The position numbers and the translations under genes are program-made. A DNA stretch of 63,258 nt, filler included, from Octopus bimaculoides (taxonomy: Eukaryota), in the NCBI RefSeq assembly GCF_001194135.2. It is 9 parts of 9 records of this genome, joined end to end, with 100 filler letters (N's around TTAATTAATTAA, not from the genome) between each part and the next. Parts side by side here need not be neighbours in the genome. Positions count along the whole stretch, not along the records: positions 1 to 8,348 come from NC_069004.1; positions 8,449 to 16,933 come from NC_068995.1; 7 more parts are not named here. One strand, written 5' to 3'. How positions within the stretch are numbered: the first letter of the stretch is position 1; every line of letters starts with the position of its first letter. Of the stretch, positions 1-12,607 are shown piece by piece. The notes beneath the pieces were generated by a model. It was not told where the DNA came from, did no database searches, and was given only the letters and a program-made list of their open reading frames with translations.

Positions 1-244
1 GGTGGCAGGTCCGCTTATTAGATGTATAGTAATGATAAACAAAAATTACAATAATATAGGACAGTTATAATTGCATATCGCCCAAAAGTCTCAAATCATA
101 TGGGAGACACCTTCTCTGTGTCTCTGTCTATCAATCTATTTGCCTCTCTGTTTCCCCGTCTGTCTATTTATGGCTATCATACTTATCTCTTTGTTTATTT
201 ACTCTGTCTGTCTGTCTGTCTCTCTTTCTCACACACACGGTTAC

Positions 245-478
245 GTATCTTATGCGTCGGGGTCTGTATTTTAGTAATCCCCTCCAAATTGTCACCGAAA
301 TAAGTTTCATGGCGAAAGGCAGACAGCTCTGTCATTCCAGGTCTTTGAGACATTGCGTCCCTAACACTACCGACCGGGTCATGTTCCTTGGACAGCATTA
401 TGTGAGCTGCAAAAGCGTTACCATCTATTAATGCTAGATGGAATGTAGCATCTACATATACCCACGATGCCAAATGTT
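245..478 (-). CDS. Internal exon of fasciclin (FAS1) domain gene: end of one FAS1 domain and start of the next
   Basis: Acceptor tttcatatacacag|AA, phase 1, matching the G|gtacgt end of exon 7519-7639. Only one frame is open: EHLASWVYVDATFHLALIDGNAFAAHIMLSKEHDPVGSVRDAMSQRPGMTELSAFRHETYFGDNLEG. SVRDAMSQRPGMTEL...DNLEG resembles a FAS1 domain start. The donor c|gtaacc is the weakest part of the call. Confidence 0.7.
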
Positions 479-1929
479 CTGTGTATATGAAAGTATTTTG
501 GTTACTATCCACTTGCAGTTATGTTTTGTTAATTCTTTTTAACGTAAATTTATTTCCACCACTAAGCAGACTATATACAACTGATGAGTTCACAAAAGAA
601 GCGAACGCCTCCGCACCTTCCTCGTTAATGTTATCAAAAATAAGATTTCCACAATGAAAATGTAAATTGCTTTTATTTGAAATTGCTTCATAATTTCTTA
701 TAGTTATCGCAGCCTTCCTTGGTGATTTGCTATCGTTTCTATTTAGCTTTCTCTTTTAGTTTTCTGACTAAAGGGCGAATTTCACAGAAAAATGTCTTTG
801 TATCTTGGAATACGTCATTCAGTGCAACACCTTTTCAATGAACTGCATTCAAGTATAACCTTAGGGCGAACAAACCAGTCTCGGAAAAATCAGGTAGGTT
901 GAAAATATGCGATAGCTTATCTGGGACACACACTCACACCACACAGTTAAATCCGTGTATGTACACACATATACAGACATGTGAATATATGTGTATATGC
1001 ATGTGTATATATATGTGGTGCACCAGCATGACCGCAGCCACTTGGCTGAAACACATAAATAAATAAATAAATAAAAATATATATACATACACACACATAT
1101 GCATGTGTGTGACTTTGTATACATATATACACACACACGCATAAATGTATATATATATGAAACATGTGTTCTATAACTTGACTGAAACAAGTTCACACGA
1201 AATTTTTTTTTGACAACTGCCATGGATACAGGAAAACACAACCACATAATGACATTAGCATATATGGGAATTACATATACCTATCAATTTATGTTTGCAC
1301 ATACACACACACATGTATGTATATTCGTGTGTAATTAATAAACGCACAAGCAAGCATGTATATATATTCCCACGTATATCTATAGAGGTTCATGTATCTA
1401 TATGAACGCACGAATATAGATGTTCATATATGTACACACACATATGCAAATATATATTTGTGTGCATATGCACTGGTTTATATATATATATATATACACG
1501 CGTGTATTTATGTAGTGATGTATATATTCAGATGTATACACACTCACACACACACACACACACGGTCTTAGGTTCTAGATTTCATCTCACTGCACGATTT
1601 TAGGATAGGTTGGCATTTGTAAATTGTGTGAAAAGATTTTAATGAGAAAAACCTGATAAGAGTTGATAATAATGTAAGCAGAATATGGCTGGCGCATGGG
1701 TCGAGCTAATAGGAAACAAGGCTATTGGGTTGCATAACGAGAACGAGACAAATAGGAAGCGGAAGTGAGTGAGCTATCGCTTCAGAGATTAGCAGTATGA
1801 TACTGTTCATGAAATGCTCGCGTCCGTTATCGTCATTCAGAGGCAGACGAAATCGTTAACGCAAATGCAGACATGTACAGAGCCATAGCTACGTGTGTGT
1901 CTACATAGATATCAAATACACACACTAAG

Positions 1930-1972
<43 letters not shown>

Positions 1973-2353
1973 GCATGTATATATATATATATGTGTGTGT
2001 GTGTATGTGTGCATACACACAAATTTACAGACATATATTCACCGGAATCTCAGACGATTTGGACTCAAAGGAGAACTCAATACGCGACGTTAATGTGCAA
2101 TATATATAGTTGATTCTTAACGGAATTGTAATGTAACAATTAATCAACAGCTTAAAAAAAAAATAAGACTGTTTTTTAGTGTTTCTTACGCATACATACA
2201 TACATAAATACATACATACATACATAGAGAGAGGGGGTGACACAGACATATGTGTGTGTATGTATATATCGAGTGTCAGACTAATACATTTGTTTGTTGT
2301 TCATACATCTGTCTTCGTTTTTTTTTTGTTTTTCTATAAATTTCAACTATACA

Positions 2354-2385
<32 letters not shown>

Positions 2386-2966
2386 NNNNNNNNNNNNNNN
2401 NNNNNNNNNNNNNNNNNNNNNNNNNNNNNNNNNNNNNNNNNNNNNNNNNNNNNNNNNNNNNNNNNNNNNNNNNNNNNNNNNNNNNNNNNNNNNNNNNNNN
2501 NNNNNNNNNNNNNNNNNNNNNNNNNNNNNNNNNNNNNNNNNNNNNNNNNNNNNNNNNNNNNNNNNNNNNNNNNNNNNNNNNNNNNNNNNNNNNNNNNNNN
2601 NNNNNNNNNNNNNNNNNNNNNNNNNNNNNNNNNNNNNNNNNNNNNNNNNNNNNNNNNNNNNNNNNNNNNNNNNNNNNNNNNNNNNNNNNNNNNNNNNNNN
2701 NNNNNNNNNNNNNNNNNNNNNNNNNNNNNNNNNNNNNNNNNNNNNNNNNNNNNNNNNNNNNNNNNNNNNNNNNNNNNNNNNNNNNNNNNNNNNNNNNNNN
2801 NNNNNNNNNNNNNNNNNNNNNNNNNNNNNNNNNNNNNNNNNNNNNNNNNNNNNNNNNNNNNNNNNNNNNNNNNNNNNNNNNNNNNNNNNNNNNNNNNNNN
2901 NNNNNNNNNNNNNNNNNNNNNNNNNNNNNNNNNNNNNNNNNNNNNNNNNNNNNNNNNNNNNNNNNN

Positions 2967-3010
<44 letters not shown>

Positions 3011-4766
3011 GCACACATACATAGTCATGTGAGTCGTTATATATTGTAAGTTTGTGTAAATAGACCAACACGGGTCACCAATCGGAGGTGGGCGACAGAC
3101 AGTCAGACACACATGTATATACGTACGAAGGGATTATTTGGTCAGCCCGGGATTATATTAGAAGCGAGATTGAACCTAAGCCTACATAGTTGGGAAACTA
3201 GCTGTTTAACAACATGGCCACATCTTCCACGTTTTCAACCTTTCTAGTTGCTCATTTGACACATGAGAAATGTTTGGTTCGCGTACATCGGATCGATTCT
3301 GGTTTAAAAAAAAAAACAGTTTTTCGCAATACCTTCGAAGGAGTACTACAGACGATTTAACACGAGAGCATTTTGAATAATTATCCACAAATATCCAGTG
3401 TTTCCCATGTTTTTCTTATGCCTGCTGCCAACTGCTTGCATATGTTTGCCATTTTAGCAATATGGCTATCAAATTAATTCGCAGGTTATGCACTGAATGT
3501 GTCTGGAATTGGCATCGTTCTGAAGGCCGAGAGAGAAGTGTTTGAAGACTAGAAGCTGTCCTGCATTGAATTTCAGCTTATTTTTCATTAACCCATTTCT
3601 ATTTGTAATTGTATATGCGATTGTGGGCCCTCTGAACAATTTTGACACCATCGGTACTTTTGAAAAACATATAGGCATAAATGTGTGTATGTGTGTGTTT
3701 CAATTAATTCGTTGCAATAAAAAGTAGCTTTAATAATTACAAGGATATTATTTCGGCAGAAAATGAAAAGAAAAATTCCAAATCCTTAATTATTTTCCGA
3801 AGTAATTATTTTGACGTGATGTTTTAGATATTAACGCTAGGTGCCGTATGGTTAAGGAATTCGCTCCACAACTATAAGATTTCGGGTTCGGTTACCGTGC
3901 ATGGAATCTTCTGGAAAATATCATTTATTTTTTCTTTTATATCCTTTGGGAGATAATGGGTGGACGGAAACAGTACGGAATCCGTCAGTTGGATTGTGTT
4001 TGCAATTTAAAAGGTACAGCCTTATTGCAGTCACTGTGACACGCCACGCCGATTCTTTTCTACTCCAGGCACAAGGCCTGAACTTTTTTGGGAAGGTGCC
4101 AGTCGATTAGATCGACCCCAGTACGCAACTGGTACTTTATCGACACCGAAATGATGAAAGGCGAAGTCGACCTCGGCGGAATTTGAGCTCAGAACATGAA
4201 GACAGACGAAATACAGCTATGCATTTCGCCCGGCGTGCTAACGTTTCGCCGATTCTGTCAGAAAATTACATTAAGCGTACACGTATTTGTGGCATGATGA
4301 ATCGAATCCGCGTTCTCTAGGACGGAGATCCACAACCATCACCATATATGGCAAAACGGTTAAATATATAATGAACATATTCTACAATATGAGCCCAGAT
4401 ATCCAAAGATTGTGAACGTTGTAAATCTTTTAACATGGGCTAGTACTTGATTTTTTTTTTATCGACCCCGAAAGGATGAAATACGAAGTAGACATCGGCA
4501 GAATTTGAAGTTGGGTGCAAGAGAATTGGAACTGACCCCACAAGGGATTCAACCCGACCTTCTAACGACTCCACCACTTTGCCCCCGAAGCAATGAGGTC
4601 TGTGAATTTGTGTGAGTGAATGTGTTGTTGATTGTGTGTGTGTGTGCACGTGTTTCAGTGAATGGGTATCTGTGTGTTTGGGGTGTGAGAGAGAGAGAGG
4701 GGGGAAAGGAGGGTGAGTGTGTGTGAGTCTTGTGTTTGGTTGCTCAGGTGCCTTTGAACACTGAAT

Positions 4767-4797
<31 letters not shown>

Positions 4798-5393
4798 AAA
4801 TAAGGCATAAATGTATGCGTAAATGTGTATATACCTCAGTATATGTATGCGTGAATATTTTGTATGTGCATATGTAATAGGCCGTGTGAGTGTATAAGGA
4901 GGGCTAGTTTTCTATGTGTGTATGTGTATGTGTGTGCATGTGAATGCTTTTGTGTGTCTGTTGATGAATGTATATATGCGATCGAGAAATGTATAGTTGT
5001 GTCTGTGTGTGTGTGTGTGTGTNNNNNNNNNNNNNNNNNNNNNNNNNNNNNNNNNNNNNNNNNNNNNNNNNNNNNNNNNNNNNNNNNNNNNNNNNNNNNN
5101 NNNNNNNNNNNNNNNNNNNNNNNNNNNNNNNNNNNNNNNNNNNNNNNNNNNNNNNNNNNNNNNNNNNNNNNNNNNNNNNNNNNNNNNNNNNNNNNNNNNN
5201 NNNNNNNNNNNNNNNNNNNNNNNNNNNNNNNNNNNNNNNNNNNNNNNNNNNNNNNNNNNNNNNNNNNNNNNNNNNNNNNNNNNNNNNNNNNNNNNNNNNN
5301 NNNNNNNNNNNNNNNNNNNNNNNNNNNNNNNNNNNNNNNNNNNNNNNNNNNNNNNNNNNNNNNNNNNNNNNNNNNNNNNNNNNNNNNNNNNNN

Positions 5394-5647
5394 CAAAAAG
5401 TCTCTCCGCAGTAAGTGTTTTATTGCAAAATAAATATTTCTAAAATGTTACAAGACTACAATAGAATATATTAAACTTTACAAGACTTTAAAAAACTTTA
5501 TAAGAAATGTTGAAAGTGTTATCCTTCATTTCCAATACATAAGTTGACTCTTCTACACATGTTTTGAAATACATCTTGGAGAGTTTGATTCTTGGAGAGT
5601 CAGAATGAAAAGAATTCACTGCGGAGAGACTTTTTGAACACACAGTA
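5394..5647. mobile_element. Tc1/mariner-type MITE
   Basis: Perfect 19-bp inverted repeat caaaaagtctctccgcagt (5394) / actgcggagagactttttg (5618). The right end continues to ...aacacacagTA; the left end is lost in the gap. Confidence 0.75.
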
Positions 5648-6461
5648 AATTAGTGAGAACATGTGTGTTGGCGTGTGTGTGAGGTTCGTGTCAGTATCAT
5701 GTGTGCGTGAATGTTGGCGTGCATGTGTTCGTCTCTATGCACGTGTGTGTGTGTTATATATGTACGTGTTTCTGTGTGAGAACGGCAGCTACTTAGCCAA
5801 ATACTTGTTAATAATTAAATAGCGGCTCATTATTTATAGATCGCTAATTTAACGAGCCGCCATTTTAACAGAAGTAGAAAAGTGGTGACGATTCAAAAAC
5901 TTATAATTAGATTAGTTAATATTGTTTTGGGTCGGATATATGACCTTAATTAACGTTGCAGATGGTCGGTTCGTTGGAGCGAACGACAGAAGAGGAGAAA
6001 AAACAGAAGCGTGTGTTGATGCGAAACACATACACATGCACACTCCAACATACGCACATACACACACGTAAACATTCGTGACAAACATCCAAAAATGACC
6101 ATTTGCTTGATTAGCAAACTTTATTCATTCACCAACACGCTATATCTGTTAGTTCTCTCGGTGACTTGCCAAGTACAGGGCAGTCCCTATCTACGTGTTC
6201 ACTGTCTGAGCTACTAGAAGAATAATAGGTACTTCTCTCTGTCTCTCTCTCTCCACTGTTGTGTTTTTTTTATAAAAACGAGAAGATGCGTTGCTTAATT
6301 AAATCCTGAACACAAAGCTGCAAGATCGATTTCAAGCAAAAGAAAAAAAAATAACAACGGAAAGTTTTCAAACACGAGCGGACTGCATTAGAAAATAGAG
6401 AAAATATGAAAACTATACGAGTTAATTTAAACGTACACGTGTGTGTGTGGTGTGTGTGTGT

Positions 6462-6498
<37 letters not shown>

Positions 6499-7518
6499 AT
6501 GTTACACAAAACCCTAAAACAACTTGAAGGGGATGAGCTGGAAGAATCGTTATCACGCAAGATAAAATGATTAGAAGTATTTCCTCCGATTCCTAACGTT
6601 CCGGGGTCAAATAGCTACGTGGTCNNNNNNNNNNNNNNNNNNNNNNNNNNNNNNNNNNNNNNNNNNNNNNNNNNNNNNNNNNNNNNNNNNNNNNNNNNNN
6701 NNNNNNNNNNNNNNNNNNNNNNNNNNNNNNNNNNNNNNNNNNNNNNNNNNNNNNNNNNNNNNNNNNNNNNNNNNNNNNNNNNNNNNNNNNNNNNNNNNNN
6801 NNNNNNNNNNNNNNNNNNNNNNNNNNNNNNNNNNNNNNNNNNNNNNNNNNNNNNNNNNNNNNNNNNNNNNNNNNNNNNNNNNNNNNNNNNNNNNNNNNNN
6901 NNNNNNNNNNNNNNNNNNNNNNNNNNNNNNNNNNNNNNNNNNNNNNNNNNNNNNNNNNNNNNNNNNNNNNNNNNNNNNNNNNNNNNNNNNNNNNNNNNNN
7001 NNNNNNNNNNNNNNNNNNNNNNNNNNNNNNNNNNNNNNNNNNNNNNNNNNNNNNNNNNNNNNNNNNNNNNNNNNNNNNNNNNNNNNNNNNNNNNNNNNNN
7101 NNNNNNNNNNNNNNNNNNNNNNNNNNNNNNNNNNNNNNNNNNNNNNNNNNNNNNNNNNNNNNNNNNNNATATATACGTGTGTGTGTATGTGTGTAAAAAG
7201 CGCGCGCAGGTGTGGGTATGTGGTGAGAATTTCGCTTTCCAGCCATATGGCTCTGTGTTCAGTCCAACTCTGTGGCACCTTAGGCAGGTGTCTTCTACTC
7301 CAGCCCCGGACTGACCAAATACTTTGTAATAAATCGAACAAACCTCAAGTCCAAAGGTCACCCTCCCTCAGTTTCACATCGATCACAGAGCTTCTGAAAA
7401 CGGGAGGAAGCTTGCTCTCCCAGAGAAACAGACTCTTCTGAGTGGGGATTTGGAGTGAAATATAACAACACGATACATGATGATAATGAGAAAAAGAAAT
7501 GGAAAATATTGTACGTAC

Positions 7519-7639
7519 CTTCGCCATTTTTAAACCCCAGAGCTCTTATAGTTGAATTTTTTAAATTGTAATGCACTCTTTCACCTCGCAGGTTTTCTGG
7601 GCTCCATTCAACGTCCGGAATGATATGACGAGATAATAT
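7519..7639 (-). CDS. Internal exon of FAS1 domain gene (YH/RH motif region)
   Basis: Acceptor aaatatttccag|ATA, donor GAAG|gtacgt, 121 nt, phase 0 to 1. ILSRHIIPDVEWSPENLRGERVHYNLKNSTIRALGFKNGE; ILSRHII matches the FAS1 ILxYHVV motif. Joins in frame to exon 7912-8074 across a 272-nt intron. Confidence 0.85.
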
Positions 7640-7911
7640 CTGGAAATATTTAAATAGAGAATTATAGGGTATTAACATGTGTATTAATTACGGGTATATA
7701 TGTTGTTGTATGTGCATACAATGGCAGACTTAACATTTCGGAGTTTAAAAGTTTTCGAAAGGAAGTTAAAGCAAAAAGAGATGCAAGATGAAATGAAATA
7801 GGAAATAATTTTGATTTCATGACATCTGTTTACATTGCTAACTCGGTATATACATATAAGCGCACGTTCACGTGTGTGTGTGTGTGTGTGTGCGTGTAAA
7901 GAATTCATTAC

Positions 7912-8074
7912 CTCCGTCAGCAGTGTCCAATTGTTTTTAAGCATACTTTGTTGCTTCAGCGGCAATCGGGAAAGTGCTTCGTCGGTAGGAACAAAAACTG
8001 TCATAGTGCGTTTTGGATTCCTTAACATACTGCGGTACGGTTTCAGCATGTGATTAAATAGTTGAGCCACTGAC
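7912..8074 (-). CDS. Internal exon of FAS1 domain gene (H1 motif)
   Basis: Acceptor ttttatatttcctcag|G, donor GAG|gtaatg, 163 nt, phase 2 to 0. SVAQLFNHMLKPYRSMLRNPKRTMTVFVPTDEALSRLPLKQQSMLKNNWTLLTE; TVFVPTDEAL matches the FAS1 H1 consensus TVFAPTNEAF. Confidence 0.87.
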
Positions 8075-8093
8075 CTGAGGAAATATAAAATGA

Positions 8094-8126
<33 letters not shown>

Positions 8127-9039
8127 TTCATTTATTTGCCACGAGGGCGAAAGATGAGAGTGAGACTCAGAGTTAGCTTGTACAAGCACAAAGCAGAAGT
8201 CAAATGTATAATAATTATGATAATGGTTTCAAATTTTGCCACAAGGCCAGCAATTTTGGGGGAGGGGATGAGTCGATTACATCAATTTCAGTTTACCACT
8301 GGTACTTATTTTATCGATCCCGAAAAGATAAAAGGCAAAGTCGACCTCNNNNNNNNNNNNNNNNNNNNNNNNNNNNNNNNNNNNNNNNNNNNTTAATTAA
8401 TTAANNNNNNNNNNNNNNNNNNNNNNNNNNNNNNNNNNNNNNNNNNNNGGGGATTTCTTTTCAATTTGGAATGTTTTACCATTTATTTATTTAGTTTTTT
8501 TACCATTGTATAGCTACTGGCATGAGACATGAGTTCAAGGATTGGGAAAACAAGGAAAAAAAGGATGGGTTGCATTCAACACTGGAAGCATTTTCTTGTT
8601 CCTTAAGGTGCCAGAAGGAAGATAGGGAATTCTATGAAAAATTAAATGTGTGTGTGTGTGTGCGTGTGTGCGTGCGTGTGTGTGTGCGTGTGTGCATGCG
8701 TGTGTGTATGTGTGTATGCGTGTGTGTGTACGTGAGTGTGTGCGTGTGTGTATGTGTGTGTGCGTGTGTGTGCCTGTGAGTTCATGTGCTTGGAACTATG
8801 TCTATGTCTACACTGTGGAATTTCGATGTTTTGCACTGAAAAATAAAATCAGGTTTCCTTTCATTACGTGCTTGTGCATGAGTAAACAGTACAAAATCTA
8901 CAAATTAGAGAAATACGTAAAGTCAGAATATCCCAACGCTAGATATATATACCTCAATATTTATAGAGATGAGTATCATGTTTTTAATATTGGAGCTACA
9001 TTTAGAATCAAAAATGCAAATCCTCCGCTTTTCTTTCAA

Positions 9040-10700
9040 ACATTCAATTTTGGAGACAATTTGTTGCTGAAGTGTAGCTCCATTGCTTTTCAGTATTGCG
9101 AGTCATTCCGTGAACATTTGTAAAACGGAAAGATTTTGAATTTTCCGTCGGAAAGATTTTGCACATTTCGAGATATGTTCTTAACGGAATCTTGCGTAAT
9201 TCCTCTTGTCGGTTATGCTGCCTGTGGATTCTTGCACGTTGGCAGAGGGAATTATTTGTTTCGCCAGTGTAATTTTCTTTGCAGTTGGGGAAGGTAATGC
9301 ATACGTTTTGCAGTTCATATCTGCATTTATTTTGAAGGAGAATCCGCTCTTTAATTCTATGTTGGAACCACTTTCTAAGTATATAAAGTTGTTGTTGTTG
9401 TTGTTGCACATCTCCTATTTCCATATTCTTTTACTAAGAATTCTGATTCATTCTCTGATGTGAATTCTCCTCTTGTGACGTGTTTTTTAAGTTTTTTTGG
9501 TTGGCGTCTACTATTCCGTAAAGGATTTTTTCAATCAGATTCTTCATTTTGGGGGCTTTGTAGAAGTATAGGTAAGTTCGATTTTATGGCGTGAAAGATG
9601 TTGGTTATCCCAGGACTGTGTGTGTTAACAAACGGAATCGTGTGTTCAGTAATTTGTTTCCTTAGGTGTCTGTAGTTGAGTGATGCTCAGTTTTGTCACC
9701 TTTTTAATTCCCTCGTTAATTAATCCTAAGTGGTATTTCTGCATTGTGATGAAGCCTATGAGCTCGTTGAGTCGGATTTCACATATTTTGGGGTCAGTCA
9801 CTATAGCACAGATGCATCTTGCCATGCTGTATGGGATGTTTCTTTTGATGTGTGATGGATGGCAAGAGTAGAAATTTAAATATTGGTGTGTGTCAGTGTT
9901 TTTGTAAAATATATCTGTTGTGACTGTGGAGTTCTGTATATTTAAGTGAATATTCAGGAATGGTAATTCATTGCAACTGGATTCTGTCGTGAATTTGATG
10001 AATGGGTGAAGTGTGTTCAGTATATTGTTCAAAATACTTAGATCCTCATTTGCTCTGACCCAGAAGCTGAAGCAATCATCAAGGAAGTGTTTCTACATTC
10101 TAATGATATATTTTTTGTACTATGGATCAAAAGTTTTCTCTACTTTCTCATAGTTTTTCTTCCAAGTATCCCATGACTATGTTTGCATATGAGCGTGCAA
10201 ACCGCGTCCCCGTAGCCGTGCCCTTTAACTGTCGATATGTTTTATTATCGAATCTAAATGTATTTTCTTCCAGTTCTAGGCGTGTGGCCTTGGTGATGCA
10301 GTCAGTCTTGAAGCGTTCATTTATCCGTCCTCTACGTTTCTCTCACCAGTGTTTGACTGCTTCTAGGCCATCCCGTATATAACTGGGTATTAATGGGCAC
10401 AATGGTTTTAGGAGTATATCTAAAAAATGACAGTTGTTGTGTTGTTGCTTGAGGTCCAGCAACTATTGGTCTTACTTTGAGATCAGCAGGCCTTAGTATT
10501 TTTATCTATTGGTTCTTCTACTTATTTATGCACTTTGTATTTCGGAGCTTTTGTGGATTTTTGGGTAATCCGTAAAAATTGCTCTCTTTGATTACAGAGT
10601 TGCATATATAATCTTTCTCCTTGTCAGTGAAAGAATCTTGGTATTCATTGATTAGTGTTCTGATTTTATTCATTATTGAATTTATTCATTTATATTATTC
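9040..10700 (-). mobile_element. Penelope-like element (RT plus C-terminal GIY-YIG), degenerate with an internal deletion
   Basis: Fragments FYGLPKxIHKS...LKVRPIVAGP, RQLKGTATGTRFARSYANIVMGYLE, HFLDDCF, LHPFIKFTTE...LPFL...FYKNTDTHQYLNFYSCHPSHIKRNIPYS, and NYTGETNNSLCQRARIHRQH. Multiple stops and frameshifts. Confidence 0.92.
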
Positions 10701-11059
10701 ATTTATATTTAATATTTTTATACATTTGTATATCCTTTCATATACTTTCCTAGTGTTTGTAATTCATAAAAAAAAAATTTTGACAATTTATGTGGTCTTT
10801 TTATATAATTTACTGTATGTGGAAATCCTTATTTATGTATAGTTTTAAATCATGCAATATTTATGAAATGTTTGCGTGACCAAATCTGTTTAAGTATTGC
10901 ATCCGAATGTACTCCCTTATATATTTAGTATACTTCTTATACAATTACCCCATATATTGGATACCATATTTTTCGATATCTTATACTTATCCACCTGTAA
11001 TGAAGATTTATTGCTTTAAAATGTACTATATATTTCTATTCATATGATAATTTCTGTTA

Positions 11060-11230
11060 TACATTCATTATAGAATGTCTTTATCATGGCTTTCTAAACA
11101 ATATGCTTAGGAAAAGTCTTAATAGTTTTTCTTATATATCAAAGTATCCTATTATTAGGTTTAAATTTAATTTCTATCTTTATTCTATATATTGATTTAA
11201 ATTTTCTCAATTCAATATTATAAATTTGCT
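11060..11230 (-). mobile_element. Possible very decayed AT-rich GIY-YIG fragment
   Basis: Reads SIYRIKIEIKFKPNNRIL*YIRKTIKTFPKHI, with spacing like IY-I...YIG-T...F..R..H. Low-complexity context. Confidence 0.3.
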
Positions 11231-12339
11231 AAGTTATTAATTACTACCTCCCGTATCCTTCAATTCTAATTTCCACCCCTAAAATTTATATTATTTATCC
11301 CTTTTGGTTTTTCATTATATTCCCCTTTATTTGATAATCTCAATAGGTATTGGCCACCCCTATCCTTCTTTCTTCCATTTACTACCCCTTCTCCACCAGA
11401 CATTCCCTTACTACCAACCCTGGAACCTACCCTTTTGTGTAGATAAAGCTAGATATATGGTTCCAGTACATTGAGAGTCTAGTAGATTGTCTGACGTTAA
11501 TTGATTTATCACCATTAACTAGAATACAGTTGATATAGTTCTAAATGGATGAAGACTACATTCTACATAAAATCTTCTAAATATGAGTAACTACGTCACC
11601 ACGCTTTTTATTTTGATCCCCACTATTTCCTCTGCTACTCTCTAAATTATAATATGCTTGACGTGGTATGCATTATTTTCTAAAATCATTCTGCCACACA
11701 TATAACATAAGAAACGATGTAAATATTTTCAGTTCCATTATTAATGTAAATATGTTTAAAATATGGTTATACTCTTTATGTTTGAAGTCTATGCGGTCAT
11801 CTGGCGAGAACAGTTTCTTTCAAATTGATGAAATGTTTTCATTAATCAACTAAAGGAGACGCTTGAAACTGCCGTAATGAATTGACACCTGCACATCTTT
11901 GTTACTTATTGATATTCTGTTTACCTAACTTGCAATCTGCACTTCGGTATTACTTAAATTTTTATAAGTTATTATAAATATATTTGCCCTAATAATAACT
12001 TTATAATTAATTAAAAGGTTAATTACTTTATATTGCTTATTTCTATACTCTTTAATGACTAAGCAGAATATATTATATTACTTAAATTCTTATAAATACA
12101 TTTACCCTTACATTTATTCGATACTTAAATATACGATTTATTACTATATTTTCCTTCTTTTTATACTTTAAATGTTTGCCCAGTGCATATTATATTATCT
12201 TCATACTTACTTCTCTAAACATACTACCTTTCCCCTCATTATAAAGTTTATACCATGATTTTCCATAAAACAATAGTCTGCTGATATGCTCCGTACACTT
12301 AACACACGAGAATACAAAAATGTGACGGTATATCTTTTT

Positions 12340-12423
12340 TCTACCTCTGACGAGATTCAACTTTATAATGATTTAATTATTCTAATTAATTTCTAAGGTT
12401 TAAATCGAAACAGGTGTCAGAGA
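12340..12423 (+). ncRNA. Type I hammerhead ribozyme (PLE-type, slightly degenerate)
   Basis: tct(ac)ct-CTGACGA-GATT...AATC-GAAA-CAGGTG-TC-agaga. Core intact, stem II GATT/AATC extendable, stem III one substitution from the palindrome ACAGCTGT, stem I with a 2-nt bulge. Confidence 0.6.
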
Positions 12424-12483
12424 TTATGTTTATTTTTGTAATTAATAAGTATAATTATTAATTGAATTATCTCTATTTTCTTT

Positions 12484-12534
<51 letters not shown>

Positions 12535-12553
12535 ATATATATGTACATATTGC

Positions 12554-12607
<54 letters not shown>

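Noticed and set aside
581-612. CTGATGAG motif on the plus strand
   Set aside because: Followed by GAAC rather than GAAA, and no stem I partner.
2179-3112. Long ORFs in the track spanning N gaps or (TA)n/(TG)n/(CA)n tracts (also 4.8-5.4, 6.6-7.3, 15.6-16.3, 20.4-21.1, 30.3-31.7, 50.6-51.6 kb)
   Set aside because: Artefacts of Ns and dinucleotide repeats (YIYI, CVCV, HTHT); no coding signal.
8393-8404. Recurrent TTAATTAATTAA inside N runs (also near 16978, 19340, 26772, 33126, 45363, 52049, 59743)
   Set aside because: Always centred in gaps and has stops in all six frames: an assembly/scaffolding linker, not a biological motif.
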